A DNA stretch of 62,594 nt from Nitrososphaerota archaeon (GTDB lineage Archaea > Thermoproteota > EX4484-205 > JAAOZP01), in the NCBI GenBank assembly GCA_011605725.1, contig JAAOZP010000015.1, forward strand, positions 1-62,594, in the 5' to 3' direction. The translations under genes were made by a program, and so were the position numbers. Shown one piece after another: positions 27,017 to 36,934 of the stretch. Numbering within the stretch: position 1 is the first letter of the stretch; every line of letters begins with the position of its first letter. Under the pieces are notes generated by a model, which did not search any database, had not been told where the DNA came from, and saw only the letters and a program-made list of their open reading frames with translations.

Positions 27017-30000
27017 CTAAACCCTCTCCTTAACCCTGATCCTCGGGAAAATCCCTAGGCTCATCAACTCTTGAAGTAGAAGCTTAAACGCGTAGGATAT
27101 TTCAATCCTGCTCACTTCTCTACCCTTCTCGCAGAGTGGACACACGTATTTCTTCTGCCTAGCATCATAGTAGGCAAATGTTCCGCATTTCTCACATACA
27201 TGCACAATCGTCCTGTCGGATTCTTCGAGCAGCCTGTCCTGAAGCAACCTCGCCGCACCGTGTCCAACTAGGCAGTCCCTCTCCATTTCTCCAAATCTTA
27301 AGCCTCCTCCTCTTGACCTTCCCTCCGTGGGCTGGTGAGTAAGCATCTGAACCTGACCTCTAGCCCTAGCATGCATCTTGTCTTTAACCATATGGTGAAG
27401 CCTCTGGTAGTATACTATTCCCATGAAAACTTTCGCCTTGAACCGTTTACCCGTGACGCCGTCTATGAAGTTGAATTCACCGTACGGCGAGAAGCCGTGT
27501 GCCTCAAGGATTTTCTGCACCTCTTGCTCGGGAGTATGTATGAAAGTCGTCCCATCCATCTGCCTTCCCTCTAATGCTGCGGCAGTACCGAATAGAGACT
27601 CTAGGAAGTGGCTTATCGTCATTCTGGAGGGTATTGCGTGAGGATTTATCAAAGCATCGGGAATCAGCCCGTCCTCCGTAAACGGCATGTCGGACTGCGG
27701 GACAAGCATTCCTACAACACCTTTCTGTCCAGATCTTGATGCGAACTTGTCCCCTATCTCGGGAATCCTGTGGTCCCTTATCCTTACTTTTATCAGCTTA
27801 TTGTTCTCAAGGTCCTCCGTTATTAAAACACTGTCGACAAAACCGCTTTCAGAAGGCTTAAGCGCTACTGAAGAGTCTCTCCTAGCCGGAGCTTGGAAAA
27901 CAAGCTCCTTGTACTCTTCAAAGAACCTTGGCGGGCTCGATCTTCCAACTATAACATCCCCGCCCTTAACCTCGGCTTCAACAGACACTATCCCGTCCTC
28001 CTCAATCTTTGCATATGCCTCGTCACCCCTATAGCCCCTGACTTGAGAATCAGGCTTCTCTATCCTGTCAACCTCCCCCATTGGATATCTTCTTGCTTCA
28101 ACCTCGTAAGACTTGTATGTGGTTGACCTTGCAAGCCCACGTTGAACCGAGGCGGCGTTTAAAACTATCGCATCCTCCATGTTGTACGGGTGGGACATTA
28201 CTGCCACAAGAAAGTTTTGCCCTATCGGCCTCTTATCCAATCCTATGATTTTATCGACTTTTGAAGCTACGAGTGGAAGCTGTGGATAGGTAGTGACGTG
28301 GAAAGTGGTGTAGAAAGAGTTGCTGATGTTGGTGAAGGGAAGCCCGAGAGCCTGCTTAGCCATAGCAGCCTCGTAAGTGTTTCTGGGAGAATGATTGTGC
28401 TCTGCAAACGGGACTGAGGCTGAGACAACGCCGAAAATAAGGAGCGGGGATATTTCCAGGTGAGTCGTATCATCCCTAATATCCTTAATGGATGTGGCTA
28501 TGACGGCATTCTCCTCCTCGTCAGCATCCAGGAAATCTATTATTCCGTTGCTCACAAGGTCGTCGAAAGTTATCTTGCCAAGCGCAAGCTTTGAAACATG
28601 GTCCTTCGTAAGCTTCACTAAGCCGTCTTCAACAACTATTAAGGGCCTCCTGACTCTTCCAGCGTCAGCATTAATATATATCTCCTTGACAACCCTGCCT
28701 CCATAGTTGAACTCGTAGTATGCAACGTTTATCTCAGGAGGAAGTAATCCTCTTCTTCTCAGGTTCCTAATCTCCCTGACAAGAGCCTCGCCGGAATATG
28801 AGTAGCCAACTAGGATTCCGTCTAGAAATATTTTAGCAGCCGATAAACGTTCGTCCGGGCCAGCCTTATCCACGGTTACTAGACCGAATTTCAAGAGTGT
28901 TTTTTCAACAGCAGACTTGTCTGCTGAAACGGATATTTGCGCACCTATGCTCATGTTCTTAACGAGGCCACAGTTCACTCCCTCCGGCGTCTCATTCGGG
29001 TCAAGCTTACCCCATTGCGTCGGATGCAGGTCTCTAGCGTCGAAGTTCGACTGACTCCTACTAAGGGGTGACTGAACCCTTCGCAAATGGCTGAGGACGG
29101 AGAGGTAGTTTGTTCTGTCCAGTAGCTGAGTAACTCCGACCAGTCTCTTACCCCAGTTTCCGGTAGCCATAGCCTGGTTTATTGAGTCGGTTATCAGGCT
29201 TGTCGTGATCAGGTTTGAAAAAGAATGTACAATTCTGTGTCTCAAGCTGGATTTTTCAAGCTGATACTTGAAGTCCCTGACCATTCTTCTGAAGGCTGTT
29301 CTGAAAAGCTCTGCCAAGAGACCTCCCGCAAGCCTAATCCTCTTATTCCTATAATGATCCTTATCATCAGGGGGACGCCAACCTAGTTTCATTGCGAGAA
29401 CTCTCTCAGCCATCTCGCACAGGAAAAGAGCCTTCGCATACCTGGAGTTTTCATCCAGACCAACATGCGGGAGGAGAATCTTATCCAAGACGTTCTGAGT
29501 CTTGTTTAAACGGACTTTGTCTGACTGGCCGTAAGCAACCCTGTTGCCAATATACATTATAGCGTCCTCCTTGCTCAAAATGTTTTGAGCAGCGTCAAAG
29601 GAGGGTGCTAGAAGCTCCTGTATCTCTGGAAACGGGGAGACGCGTTCAGCAATCTCTCTGTCAGACTCCATTCCAAGGGCTTTCAGCATTATGACGAAGG
29701 GAACCTCTTGCCCGACTCCTGGAAGATACACTTTCAACTCGTTGTTCTGGCCTTTCAGCCTGACTTCAACCCTAGTCCTGTAGCCGACGGTTGTTGAGAA
29801 GACGCGCGCAATATAGAAGGAGTATGGGCCTATTTTCTTCTCCTCTAGGATTATCCTGTTTGGGGCAAGATCCTCAACACCAACTATAACTCTCTCTGAA
29901 CCGTTAATTATGAAGTAGCCCCCTGGGTCGTAAGGATCTTCTCCAAGCTTAACCCTGACCGCCGGATCCAAGCCGGCTAGTGCGCAATACCTAGAGTTAA

Positions 30001-30379
30001 CCATTATAGGCATTTCTCCTATTAAAACCTCCTGTCTAAGCTCCCGACCGTCCTTCAGCTCCTTAACCTCCAAGTAGATCGGGGCGGCGTAAGTGAAGTT
30101 TCTAACCCTGGCCTCCATCGGGTAAATGTTTCTAACCGCACCGCTGGGCTCAACAATCCTTGGCGCGCCAACCCATACTTTGCCGAGCTCTATTCTGATA
30201 ACCTTATCCTCGACAGTAACCTCAACATTCTTAACCTCGTCCACAATCTTCTGCATATCCTTATCGATAAACTCGTTGAAAGAATCTATATGGTGCCTAG
30301 CCAGCCCTATGCTTCTAACATAGTTCTCCGCAACCATCCAAAGATCCTCGTTACTAAGCTCCTCAGTCATGCTGTTCAA
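27017..30379 (-). CDS. rpoB: RNA polymerase subunit B (unsplit)
   Basis: DPGGYFIINGSER, ETPEGVNCGLVK, GDKFASRSGQKG, GGLRFGEMERD. Confidence 0.98.
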   Translation of the reverse strand: MNSMTEELSNEDLWMVAENYVRSIGLARHHIDSFNEFIDKDMQKIVDEVKNVEVTVEDKVIRIELGKVWVGAPRIVEPSGAVRNIYPMEARVRNFTYAAPIYLEVKELKDGRELRQEVLIGEMPIMVNSRYCALAGLDPAVRVKLGEDPYDPGGYFIINGSERVIVGVEDLAPNRIILEEKKIGPYSFYIARVFSTTVGYRTRVEVRLKGQNNELKVYLPGVGQEVPFVIMLKALGMESDREIAERVSPFPEIQELLAPSFDAAQNILSKEDAIMYIGNRVAYGQSDKVRLNKTQNVLDKILLPHVGLDENSRYAKALFLCEMAERVLAMKLGWRPPDDKDHYRNKRIRLAGGLLAELFRTAFRRMVRDFKYQLEKSSLRHRIVHSFSNLITTSLITDSINQAMATGNWGKRLVGVTQLLDRTNYLSVLSHLRRVQSPLSRSQSNFDARDLHPTQWGKLDPNETPEGVNCGLVKNMSIGAQISVSADKSAVEKTLLKFGLVTVDKAGPDERLSAAKIFLDGILVGYSYSGEALVREIRNLRRRGLLPPEINVAYYEFNYGGRVVKEIYINADAGRVRRPLIVVEDGLVKLTKDHVSKLALGKITFDDLVSNGIIDFLDADEEENAVIATSIKDIRDDTTHLEISPLLIFGVVSASVPFAEHNHSPRNTYEAAMAKQALGLPFTNISNSFYTTFHVTTYPQLPLVASKVDKIIGLDKRPIGQNFLVAVMSHPYNMEDAIVLNAASVQRGLARSTTYKSYEVEARRYPMGEVDRIEKPDSQVRGYRGDEAYAKIEEDGIVSVEAEVKGGDVIVGRSSPPRFFEEYKELVFQAPARRDSSVALKPSESGFVDSVLITEDLENNKLIKVRIRDHRIPEIGDKFASRSGQKGVVGMLVPQSDMPFTEDGLIPDALINPHAIPSRMTISHFLESLFGTAAALEGRQMDGTTFIHTPEQEVQKILEAHGFSPYGEFNFIDGVTGKRFKAKVFMGIVYYQRLHHMVKDKMHARARGQVQMLTHQPTEGRSRGGGLRFGEMERDCLVGHGAARLLQDRLLEESDRTIVHVCEKCGTFAYYDARQKKYVCPLCEKGREVSRIEISYAFKLLLQELMSLGIFPRIRVKERV

Positions 30380-30383
30380 ACCA

Positions 30384-30641
30384 CTAACCCTCCACCACGA
30401 TGCGATAGGCTAAGGTTACTCCAGCAACCGGGCTCTTCCTGGTTATCTCAAGAATGTCCCCTGGCTTGGCGCCTATCGCAACCGCCACAGGGTCGCTGGC
30501 AAGGATTTTGGGGAGTTGAGAAGGTCTTATATTGTATTTTTTAAGGAGTGCCTCCCTCTCTTCGCTTGACAAAACCTTGTGAGAAGGCACTAAAACATGT
30601 TCGAGTATGTTCACTTTACTAATGTTTTTCTTACTAACCAA
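30384..30641 (-). CDS. rpoH: RNA polymerase subunit H (Rpo5)
   Basis: [33 protein letters not shown]. Confidence 0.96.
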   Translation of the reverse strand: MVSKKNISKVNILEHVLVPSHKVLSSEEREALLKKYNIRPSQLPKILASDPVAVAIGAKPGDILEITRKSPVAGVTLAYRIVVEG

Positions 30642-30820
30642 GCGATTTCGTCAGGATACTGAAAAAGGGGGTAATAAACGTTTCCCCTGAGCCTCAAGCG
30701 TCGAGGGGGAAACATCTTGGGAAAATAGGCCTTAGAGACCTTTTAGAGAACCGGTTAGACCATGCTTAACCCGGGTATCGGGAAAAGTTTAAAAAACATC
30801 CTTGCACACGAGAATCCGTC

Positions 30821-30974
30821 CCCGCGGTAGCTCAGCCTGGTAGTGCAGCATGCTGCGCCGAAAGCTTCCGGCTGTAGTCCTCCACCTCGAGTGGAGGCGT
30901 CTCAGCCTACCGGGCGAACAGAAACCGGAGTAGCGCGCTACGGAGTGTCGCTGGTTCAAATCCAGCCCGCGGGA
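30821..30974 (+). tRNA. tRNA-Tyr(GTA) with three introns: 22/23 (30844-30862), 37/38 (30878-30923), 44/45 (30931-30945)
   Basis: CCCGCGG/CCGCGGG acceptor (C1:G72, A73); removing 19+46+15 nt leaves a 74-nt cloverleaf; central helices TGGT/GCCG, CTGT/ACAG, CCGG/ACGG; BRE/TATA GAAAAGTTTAAAAA at 30782-30795. Confidence 0.88.
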
Positions 30975-31087
30975 TTTTTGAGAGTTGAAACCCGTGTAGC
31001 TTAGCCTGGGAGGAGACAGGGGTTGTTTAACGGCTGCATAAGACTGAGAGTTAATGCTTAAATACTATTGTGTGAACGTCGTTCCCC

Positions 31088-31412
31088 GTGATGACGCGAA
31101 CCGGAAAGACTCAAGAAGTATTCAAGGCAAGGGTTTTCGAAGCGTTCAGCGACCCAGCTAGGCTGAGGATAATCAACTTTCTGAGGGACGGCGGGAAATG
31201 CGTCAGCGAGATTGCTGAGAAAACAGGAATACTTCAACCATCGGTTTCCCGGCATTTGAAGATCCTTAAGGAGTGGAATAGTTAAGGAGAGTAAGCTCGG
31301 AAGCAAAAGAGTCTATGGAATTACTGATCCAAGAATTTTTAGAATTATTGACTCTCTGGACTCTCGCCTAGAGGAAAGTTTGAAGAAACAGGTTTACGAG
31401 AGCATTATTTAG
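31088..31412 (+). pseudogene. ArsR/SmtB family transcriptional regulator, frameshifted
   Basis: FEAFSDPARLRII...KCVSEIA...QPSVSRHLKILKE, continuing in another frame near 31273 as GIVKESKLGSKRVYGITDPRIFRIID to a stop at 31412. Confidence 0.8.
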
Positions 31413-31617
31413 CTCTTAAACCATATAACCCAATAAACCTTATTTTCATCTCATCTTCAACCTCCCAGATTCTTGAATCGAAGGTGTTTTCTAGTTCTCA
31501 TAATTTTAGGGTGTCAGGCTATCTACTCGATCTCGCATGGTGTCAGATAGTGTAACCCGTTCTTAGCATATGCTTAACAACTTAAATAATTATTCTATTA
31601 AACTATAGACGTCTCCA

Positions 31618-32181
31618 CTACGCTTTCCACCACTTCGAAACCAAGTATTTAACATCATTCTTATCCGGGTCCGAAATCGCGAAGACGAATAGTTTTTTAA
31701 CAGAGGTCGCGAGCCTCCCTGCTCTGACGAAATCCGGAGCATCTATCTTATCTCCCTTTCTCTTAACTTCCAGTATTGCTGGAGCATGGTCTATTCCTGG
31801 GCCATGCTCGTAGATAGCAAAGTCGCATCCGAATTTAATGCCTGGCGTAACTACAAACCCCCTGTTTCTAAGATCCCTGTAAACTATAAACTTGCTTTTA
31901 AAATCCTCGTGAATCCTTGAAGCTATTCTGAGCAGCTGGTCGAATGAAACCTCTCGGTCATCCCTGTCCACGACCCTTATAATTCCTTTCTCCAAAAGAT
32001 ACAGTCCCTCGAAAAGGTCGAGCGTAAGCGGAGCGTTGAAGTTCGAGTCCTTCGGCTTAGGTATTCCTACAGGTTTTCCGAAAAACCCCATGCGATAGAT
32101 TTCTTGAGAATGCTCAATACTCCATATTATTAGACGGTCGCCGACGAGTTCAGCAGTTACCTTTGCCTGCTCACCGTCCAA
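31618..32181 (-). CDS. endA: tRNA splicing endonuclease, catalytic alpha subunit of (alpha-beta)2 type
   Basis: VYRDLRNRG, GIKFGCDFAIY, GPGIDHAP, GRLATSVKK (Y/H/K triad); crenarchaeal-specific loop GFFGKPVGIPKPK. Confidence 0.95.
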   Translation of the reverse strand: MDGEQAKVTAELVGDRLIIWSIEHSQEIYRMGFFGKPVGIPKPKDSNFNAPLTLDLFEGLYLLEKGIIRVVDRDDREVSFDQLLRIASRIHEDFKSKFIVYRDLRNRGFVVTPGIKFGCDFAIYEHGPGIDHAPAILEVKRKGDKIDAPDFVRAGRLATSVKKLFVFAISDPDKNDVKYLVSKWWKA

Positions 32182-32196
32182 TTCTTAAACCTCTTC

Positions 32197-32856
32197 CTAG
32201 AAGACACTTAAGGAAAGTATTCTCGCAGCATCTGCAGCATCCGCAGCCCTGTCTACAACCTCCTCGATAAGGTTCGCAACATCCTTAAGGAGAAGAATCG
32301 ACGGAACATCTGACTTTGAAAAAATTATTTTTATCTCTAAGGCTCTGAACAGGCTGTCAATCTCCTTCTCATGCGTCTCAACATTTCTAGCGAACTCCTG
32401 TATCTTCGAGGTTTCGAAACCCAGCGTGAAGATAACTTCCCTAAGCTTCATAACGGTTTCAAGAGTTTTTGCAACAAGCTCTTTAAATCCTTCTTTAAGG
32501 CTCCTATCAATAGGTTTCTTCCTGAGGAAGAATTCTCTAAGTCTGAACACGATTCCCTCACAGAGATCAGGAATCCCTGTTAATGGGGCTGCTAGCCTTA
32601 AGAAATCCTCCCTGCTTACCATTATTGCTCCAGCTTCAACAAGCTCGTTAGCCAGTGTTCTCTCAGTCTCTATCGACTTGCTCTTGAGAATGCTTATGTT
32701 TGTTAAAGCTTCATCGAGCATTGAAGTATCACCGTCAAAGCAAGCTGTAACGAAGCCATTAACCTCTCTAACAGAGTCTACAGCGTATCTGGCCAGCTCC
32801 TGGCACGTTTGAAGGAGCTGCCGCTTAAGCCTAAGGGTTGTTTCAGTAGGGTACAT
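32197..32856 (-). CDS. DUF47 / PhoU-like helical-bundle protein
   Basis: REDFLRLA, HEKEIDSLFR, IEEVVDRAADAAD. Confidence 0.8.
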   Translation of the reverse strand: MYPTETTLRLKRQLLQTCQELARYAVDSVREVNGFVTACFDGDTSMLDEALTNISILKSKSIETERTLANELVEAGAIMVSREDFLRLAAPLTGIPDLCEGIVFRLREFFLRKKPIDRSLKEGFKELVAKTLETVMKLREVIFTLGFETSKIQEFARNVETHEKEIDSLFRALEIKIIFSKSDVPSILLLKDVANLIEEVVDRAADAADAARILSLSVF

Positions 32857-32964
32857 CTTTCAGACTGTCCTATTCTCATGTAGTATTCTACGCTTCCGAG
32901 TTTTAAGCTTTTTCAAGCCTGCTTCAACCATTTTTTTTACAGCTGTTAATCGTTTTTAAACCGG

Positions 32965-34473
32965 TTAAACATCCGGCTTAGGAGCGGAAAGCAACTTGGA
33001 GAGTTCTGCATGAAGACTCCCTATTCCTATCCTTCTCTGCTCCCTAGTGTCCCTGAACCTGAGGGTTACGCTGTCGTCTGAGAAAGTCTGATGGTCAATG
33101 GTGACGGCGAACGGTATGCCTATCTCGTCAGACCTTGCATACCTGCGTCCTATGCTTCCAGAATCGTCGAAATTAACCTTGAAATCTCCAAGCATTCTTG
33201 CAACCTCCGCAGCCTTCCTCACGAAATCCGGCTTAGAAAGCAGGGGGAAGACTGAAACGTCGAAGGGCGAGAGGTATGGAGGGGTTGAGAGGCATATACG
33301 CCCATCCTCTTCAATCCTCAAATTATGTTCAAGGAGAGCGTAAAGAAGTCTTTCAGCTCCGAAGCTGGGTTCAACCACATGAGGAACTATCCTCCTGCCT
33401 GAGGAGGATATGAAAACATTCATGTCTTCGCCGCTTACCTTCATGTGGCCAGAGAGGTCGTAGTCAGTACGGTATGCGAATCCAGCGACCTCAGTCCATC
33501 CCCATGATTCTAGCAATACTTCGCAGTCGAAGAGCTGTTTAGCGTAGTGCGCCCTCTCGCTGGGAAGCTTCTCCCTAAACCTAAAGGCGTCTTCAGGGAT
33601 TTTCAGCGCTTTCAGAAAACTCTTGGTTAAGACGAGGAAGAAAGGGATCCAGTTGCTGCTGAATAAACCGGTTTCAACCCCCTCTTTAACCCTCATTTTT
33701 CTAAAGCCTGTAACACCCTTCTCCTGGTCTTCTGCCGTGAGAACAGGTATTTCATGCTTCAAATAGTCTTCCTCAGAAGGGCCCGGGTTAGAATCAGGGT
33801 CGAAGAAGAACTCCACCTCCATTATAGTGAACTCTCTCAGCCTTATCGGTCCCTGTCTAGGTGAAACCTCGTTTCTGAAGACTCGGCCTACTTGAGCAAC
33901 ACCCATGGGTAGGCTTGACCTTCCGTGAACGTAAAGCCTCTTGAACTCTGTGAATATTCCTTGCGCAGTCTCAGGGCGAAGATACCCTATTTCCCCGGAT
34001 CCAGCGCCTATCTCAGTCTTAAACATCAGCAGCCAGTGGAAGGCTTTAGAAAAATCACCCTTACAATTTGGACATTTAACACTGTTTATGGAAACAATCT
34101 CGTCAATCTCCTGCAGGGATGCTCCTTCAGGAATAGTGACTCCCGCTTCGCTGAGAAGATGGTCTGCCCTGAAAACCGCGCCGCACTTGCCGCATTTTAA
34201 AGCCTTATCCGTAAACTGGGTTTCATGCCCTGACGCAACGTAAACAGGCCTAGGCCCTATTACAGGGGACTCTATAATCTGAAAGTTTCTAGAGTAGACG
34301 AAGTATTTTATCCAAAGGTTTTCCAAGCGTCTTTTAATCTCGAAGCCAACATTGCCAAGAGTCAAAAGTCCTCTTACTCCGCCATATATCTCGTAGGAGG
34401 GCCAGAATATTCCTCGGCGCTTCGCCAGTTCCATCAGAACATCCGACTTTCTTTGCTGCCTTAAGGCTGACAA
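32965..34473 (-). CDS. glyS: Glycyl-tRNA synthetase (alpha2 type)
   Basis: LRPETAQGIF, FRNEVSPRQGPIRLREF, PHVVEPSFG, SIGRRYARSDEIG. Confidence 0.97.
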   Translation of the reverse strand: MSALRQQRKSDVLMELAKRRGIFWPSYEIYGGVRGLLTLGNVGFEIKRRLENLWIKYFVYSRNFQIIESPVIGPRPVYVASGHETQFTDKALKCGKCGAVFRADHLLSEAGVTIPEGASLQEIDEIVSINSVKCPNCKGDFSKAFHWLLMFKTEIGAGSGEIGYLRPETAQGIFTEFKRLYVHGRSSLPMGVAQVGRVFRNEVSPRQGPIRLREFTIMEVEFFFDPDSNPGPSEEDYLKHEIPVLTAEDQEKGVTGFRKMRVKEGVETGLFSSNWIPFFLVLTKSFLKALKIPEDAFRFREKLPSERAHYAKQLFDCEVLLESWGWTEVAGFAYRTDYDLSGHMKVSGEDMNVFISSSGRRIVPHVVEPSFGAERLLYALLEHNLRIEEDGRICLSTPPYLSPFDVSVFPLLSKPDFVRKAAEVARMLGDFKVNFDDSGSIGRRYARSDEIGIPFAVTIDHQTFSDDSVTLRFRDTREQRRIGIGSLHAELSKLLSAPKPDV

Positions 34474-34526
34474 GCTCTTTCCCCGAAAAGAGTTGAAGCC
34501 TAATAAACCTTAACGTTGAAAACCTT

Positions 34527-34889
34527 TTAAAAAAGAGGCAGGTTTCCAGTAACCTTATTCATCAGTTCTTCTGGGGCAGGTCCCAGTCCGAGACAGGTAA
34601 CCGTGCCTGGCTCAAGCTCTGTCAAACCCATGTCTGAAACCAGGTAGGCAGGTATGCCCTCTTTCGAAGCAGCCTCCTTCAGCCTAATCAGCTCGTCGAG
34701 AGACCCTGTTTTCAAGACGACCTTCTTCTGACCTTCTTCAAGCCATTCTCTGAGCCACTCAGGCTTAAGGCGCCGAGCCTCCTCGGCGGCTGAAACTGCT
34801 GCATGAGCCACCTGGACGCATGTTTTCCCGCATGACATTTTAAGATCCATCCTGACCACTATGCACTGTTTAAACCTGAAGCTTTTCAT
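34527..34889 (-). CDS. pth2: Peptidyl-tRNA hydrolase Pth2
   Basis: [39 protein letters not shown]. Confidence 0.96.
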   Translation of the reverse strand: MKSFRFKQCIVVRMDLKMSCGKTCVQVAHAAVSAAEEARRLKPEWLREWLEEGQKKVVLKTGSLDELIRLKEAASKEGIPAYLVSDMGLTELEPGTVTCLGLGPAPEELMNKVTGNLPLF

Positions 34890-34979
34890 ACTTTTAAGAA
34901 CTCGAGCGGCAGGATAAAAATTTGTATAATGCCGGGGGAACCGCTAAACTTATTAACAGGCTTCCCGCGCAGCCTCCCT

Positions 34980-35141
34980 ATGGTTACATGCACATCCTGC
35001 AATAGGCCCATAGACCCGTATGAGAGATACGTGAAGTTCACATGCTTCAACTGTGGGGAAGTGACTTTATGGCGGTGCGAGAAATGCAGGGCCTTTGCCA
35101 GAGAGCTTAAATGCCCTAAATGCGGCTACGTTATGCCTTAA
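34980..35141 (+). CDS. Small double zinc-ribbon protein (DUF1610-like)
   Basis: CTSC, FTCFNCG, RCEKCR, CPKCG; conserved position upstream of aEF-1beta. Confidence 0.9.
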   Translation: MVTCTSCNRPIDPYERYVKFTCFNCGEVTLWRCEKCRAFARELKCPKCGYVMP

Positions 35142-35286
35142 GCTAGATTGTTTTATATTTTTGATTAAAATGGCCTTGAGAAAAACTTTATATATGGAGC
35201 TGGAAAACCTGAGCCGAAAACCTGTTGCCGCGTAAGAGGGTAATCAGGCATGTAACCAGGACAGTTTACGGAAGAGGTGGCTGAAA

Positions 35287-35574
35287 ATGAAGCAGATAGT
35301 GTACACTTTAAGGGTCTTTCCTGGGGAGGATGTAACTGATCTGGACCAGCTTAGGGTAAAAATAGGCGAGAACCTTAAGAGTGGGAGAATCATCGCCTCG
35401 CAGATCGCGGACTTCTTCTTCGGAATGAAAATTCTTCTCATGAATGTGGAGGCTCCCGAGGTCGACGGGATATCTGACAGGATAGAGAGCGAGATTAAAA
35501 GCACCCCTGGGGTTTCAGACATGGAGATACTGATGGTGAGCAGGAAGATAGAGGTTTGGAAGGAAGATGGTTAG
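35287..35574 (+). CDS. ef1b: Elongation factor aEF-1beta
   Basis: LRVFPGEDVTDLDQL, FFFGMKIL, DRIESEIKSTPGVS; synteny with the zinc-ribbon gene. Confidence 0.85.
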   Translation: MKQIVYTLRVFPGEDVTDLDQLRVKIGENLKSGRIIASQIADFFFGMKILLMNVEAPEVDGISDRIESEIKSTPGVSDMEILMVSRKIEVWKEDG

Positions 35575-35815
35575 AGCATCAAGTAGCGAGGACAGAAGGA
35601 TAATACCCTTGAGAAACTATATTTTCGACATTCTTGAGAAGAAGCGGAGCATTACGCTTTCAGAGCTACTCAGAGGCTTAGAGAAGGATGTTGGCAGGGT
35701 GAGTCTGCAGGAGGTTGAGAAGGAGCTCATGACGATGGAAATAAGAGGAGTTATAAGGGTTTATGCCTCCGGAAGGAAGGACCAGAGGCTGGAGTTCATA
35801 GGCTTAAGGGCATAA
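35567..35815 (+). CDS. Small winged-helix hypothetical protein
   Basis: ITLSELL...EVEKELMTMEIRGVIRV. Confidence 0.7.
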   Translation: MVRASSSEDRRIIPLRNYIFDILEKKRSITLSELLRGLEKDVGRVSLQEVEKELMTMEIRGVIRVYASGRKDQRLEFIGLRA

Positions 35816-35913
35816 TTCTCCTTGCTTATTGAAGGAAAAAGTATTATCCAGTAACCGGGGCCGCCAGGATTGAAACTCAAGATTTAAGAATATTGTCTGT
35901 TTCATGATTACAG

Positions 35914-36933
35914 ATGGGTGTTCAGCTGGGCGATATAATTCCGACTAGGGAAATCAGGCTGGAGAACCTTGCAAACAAAAGAATAGCAATAGACATGTAT
36001 AACACGCTATACCAGTTTCTAACAATAATAAGGGGGGTTGATGGAAAGCCTTTAATGGATTCTAAGAACAGGATTACAAGTCATCTCTCTGGGCTCTTCT
36101 ACAGGACTTGCAACTTTCTCTCCGCAGGTTTGAAACCGATATACGTTTTCGACGGCGAGCCTCCAAGGATTAAAAAGGGGGAGGCGGAGAGAAGGAGAGC
36201 AATACGCGAGGAAGCCTCAAAGAAATATGAGGAAGCCTTAGCCACTGGTAGGCTTGAGGAGGCTCGCAAATATGCTCAAATGTCGGCGTCGCTAGACGAG
36301 TATCTTTTAAAGTCTGCAGAGGAGCTTGTGAGACTCATGGGTGTGCCTGTTGTACATGCTCCCTCTGAGGGAGAGGCTCAGGCTGCGCACATGGTTATCA
36401 CCGGCGTCGCAGACTATGTTGGAAGCCAGGATTTCGACTCACTCCTTTTCGGAGGCAAAATGCTTGTGAGAAACCTTGCGATAACAGGGAGGAGAAAGCT
36501 GCCCGGTAAGAAGGCTTACGTCGAGGTGAGCCTTGAAGAAATCTCTCTTGAAGAAACCCTGAGAAGCCTTTCCATAACAAGGGAGCAGTTGATAGACATA
36601 GCGCTGCTCGTCGGTACCGATTATACTGAGGGGATAAAGGGAATAGGGCCGAAAAGGGCCTTAGAGCTTGTTAGAAAAGGAATGAGCCTTGAAGAAATCC
36701 TCAGGGGACATGGCGAAGACCCTGTGAAGATTCAAACATACTATGAGGCTAAGGATTTCTTCCTCAACCCTAAGGTTAAGGATGTTGGGGAACTGGAGTG
36801 GAGGGACATAGACCAAGAGGGAATCTTAAGGTTCCTGCATGACGAGCATGACTTCTCTTTAGACAGGATTGTTAAAGCAATGGAAGAGGTTAAGAAGAAG
36901 CGACCAGAAGGAGCGCTTTCCAAATGGTTTTAA
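35914..36933 (+). CDS. fen: Flap endonuclease 1
   Basis: MGVQL, LYQFL, TSHLSGLFYR, APSEGEAQAA, SQDFDSLLFG, C-terminal PIP-like LSKWF. Confidence 0.97.
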   Translation: MGVQLGDIIPTREIRLENLANKRIAIDMYNTLYQFLTIIRGVDGKPLMDSKNRITSHLSGLFYRTCNFLSAGLKPIYVFDGEPPRIKKGEAERRRAIREEASKKYEEALATGRLEEARKYAQMSASLDEYLLKSAEELVRLMGVPVVHAPSEGEAQAAHMVITGVADYVGSQDFDSLLFGGKMLVRNLAITGRRKLPGKKAYVEVSLEEISLEETLRSLSITREQLIDIALLVGTDYTEGIKGIGPKRALELVRKGMSLEEILRGHGEDPVKIQTYYEAKDFFLNPKVKDVGELEWRDIDQEGILRFLHDEHDFSLDRIVKAMEEVKKKRPEGALSKWF

Positions 36934-36934
36934 T

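Noticed and set aside
30878-30923. Nested intron inside the 46-nt tRNA-Tyr intron
   Set aside because: No register around the internal hairpins gave a 4-bp central helix with 3-nt bulges.
35208-35266. H/ACA guide RNA (hairpin plus ACA; AGCCGA could pair with 23S rRNA)
   Set aside because: No clear K-turn, pocket-to-ACA spacing about 12 nt, second guide strand inconsistent, and 5' stem upstream of the expected TSS.
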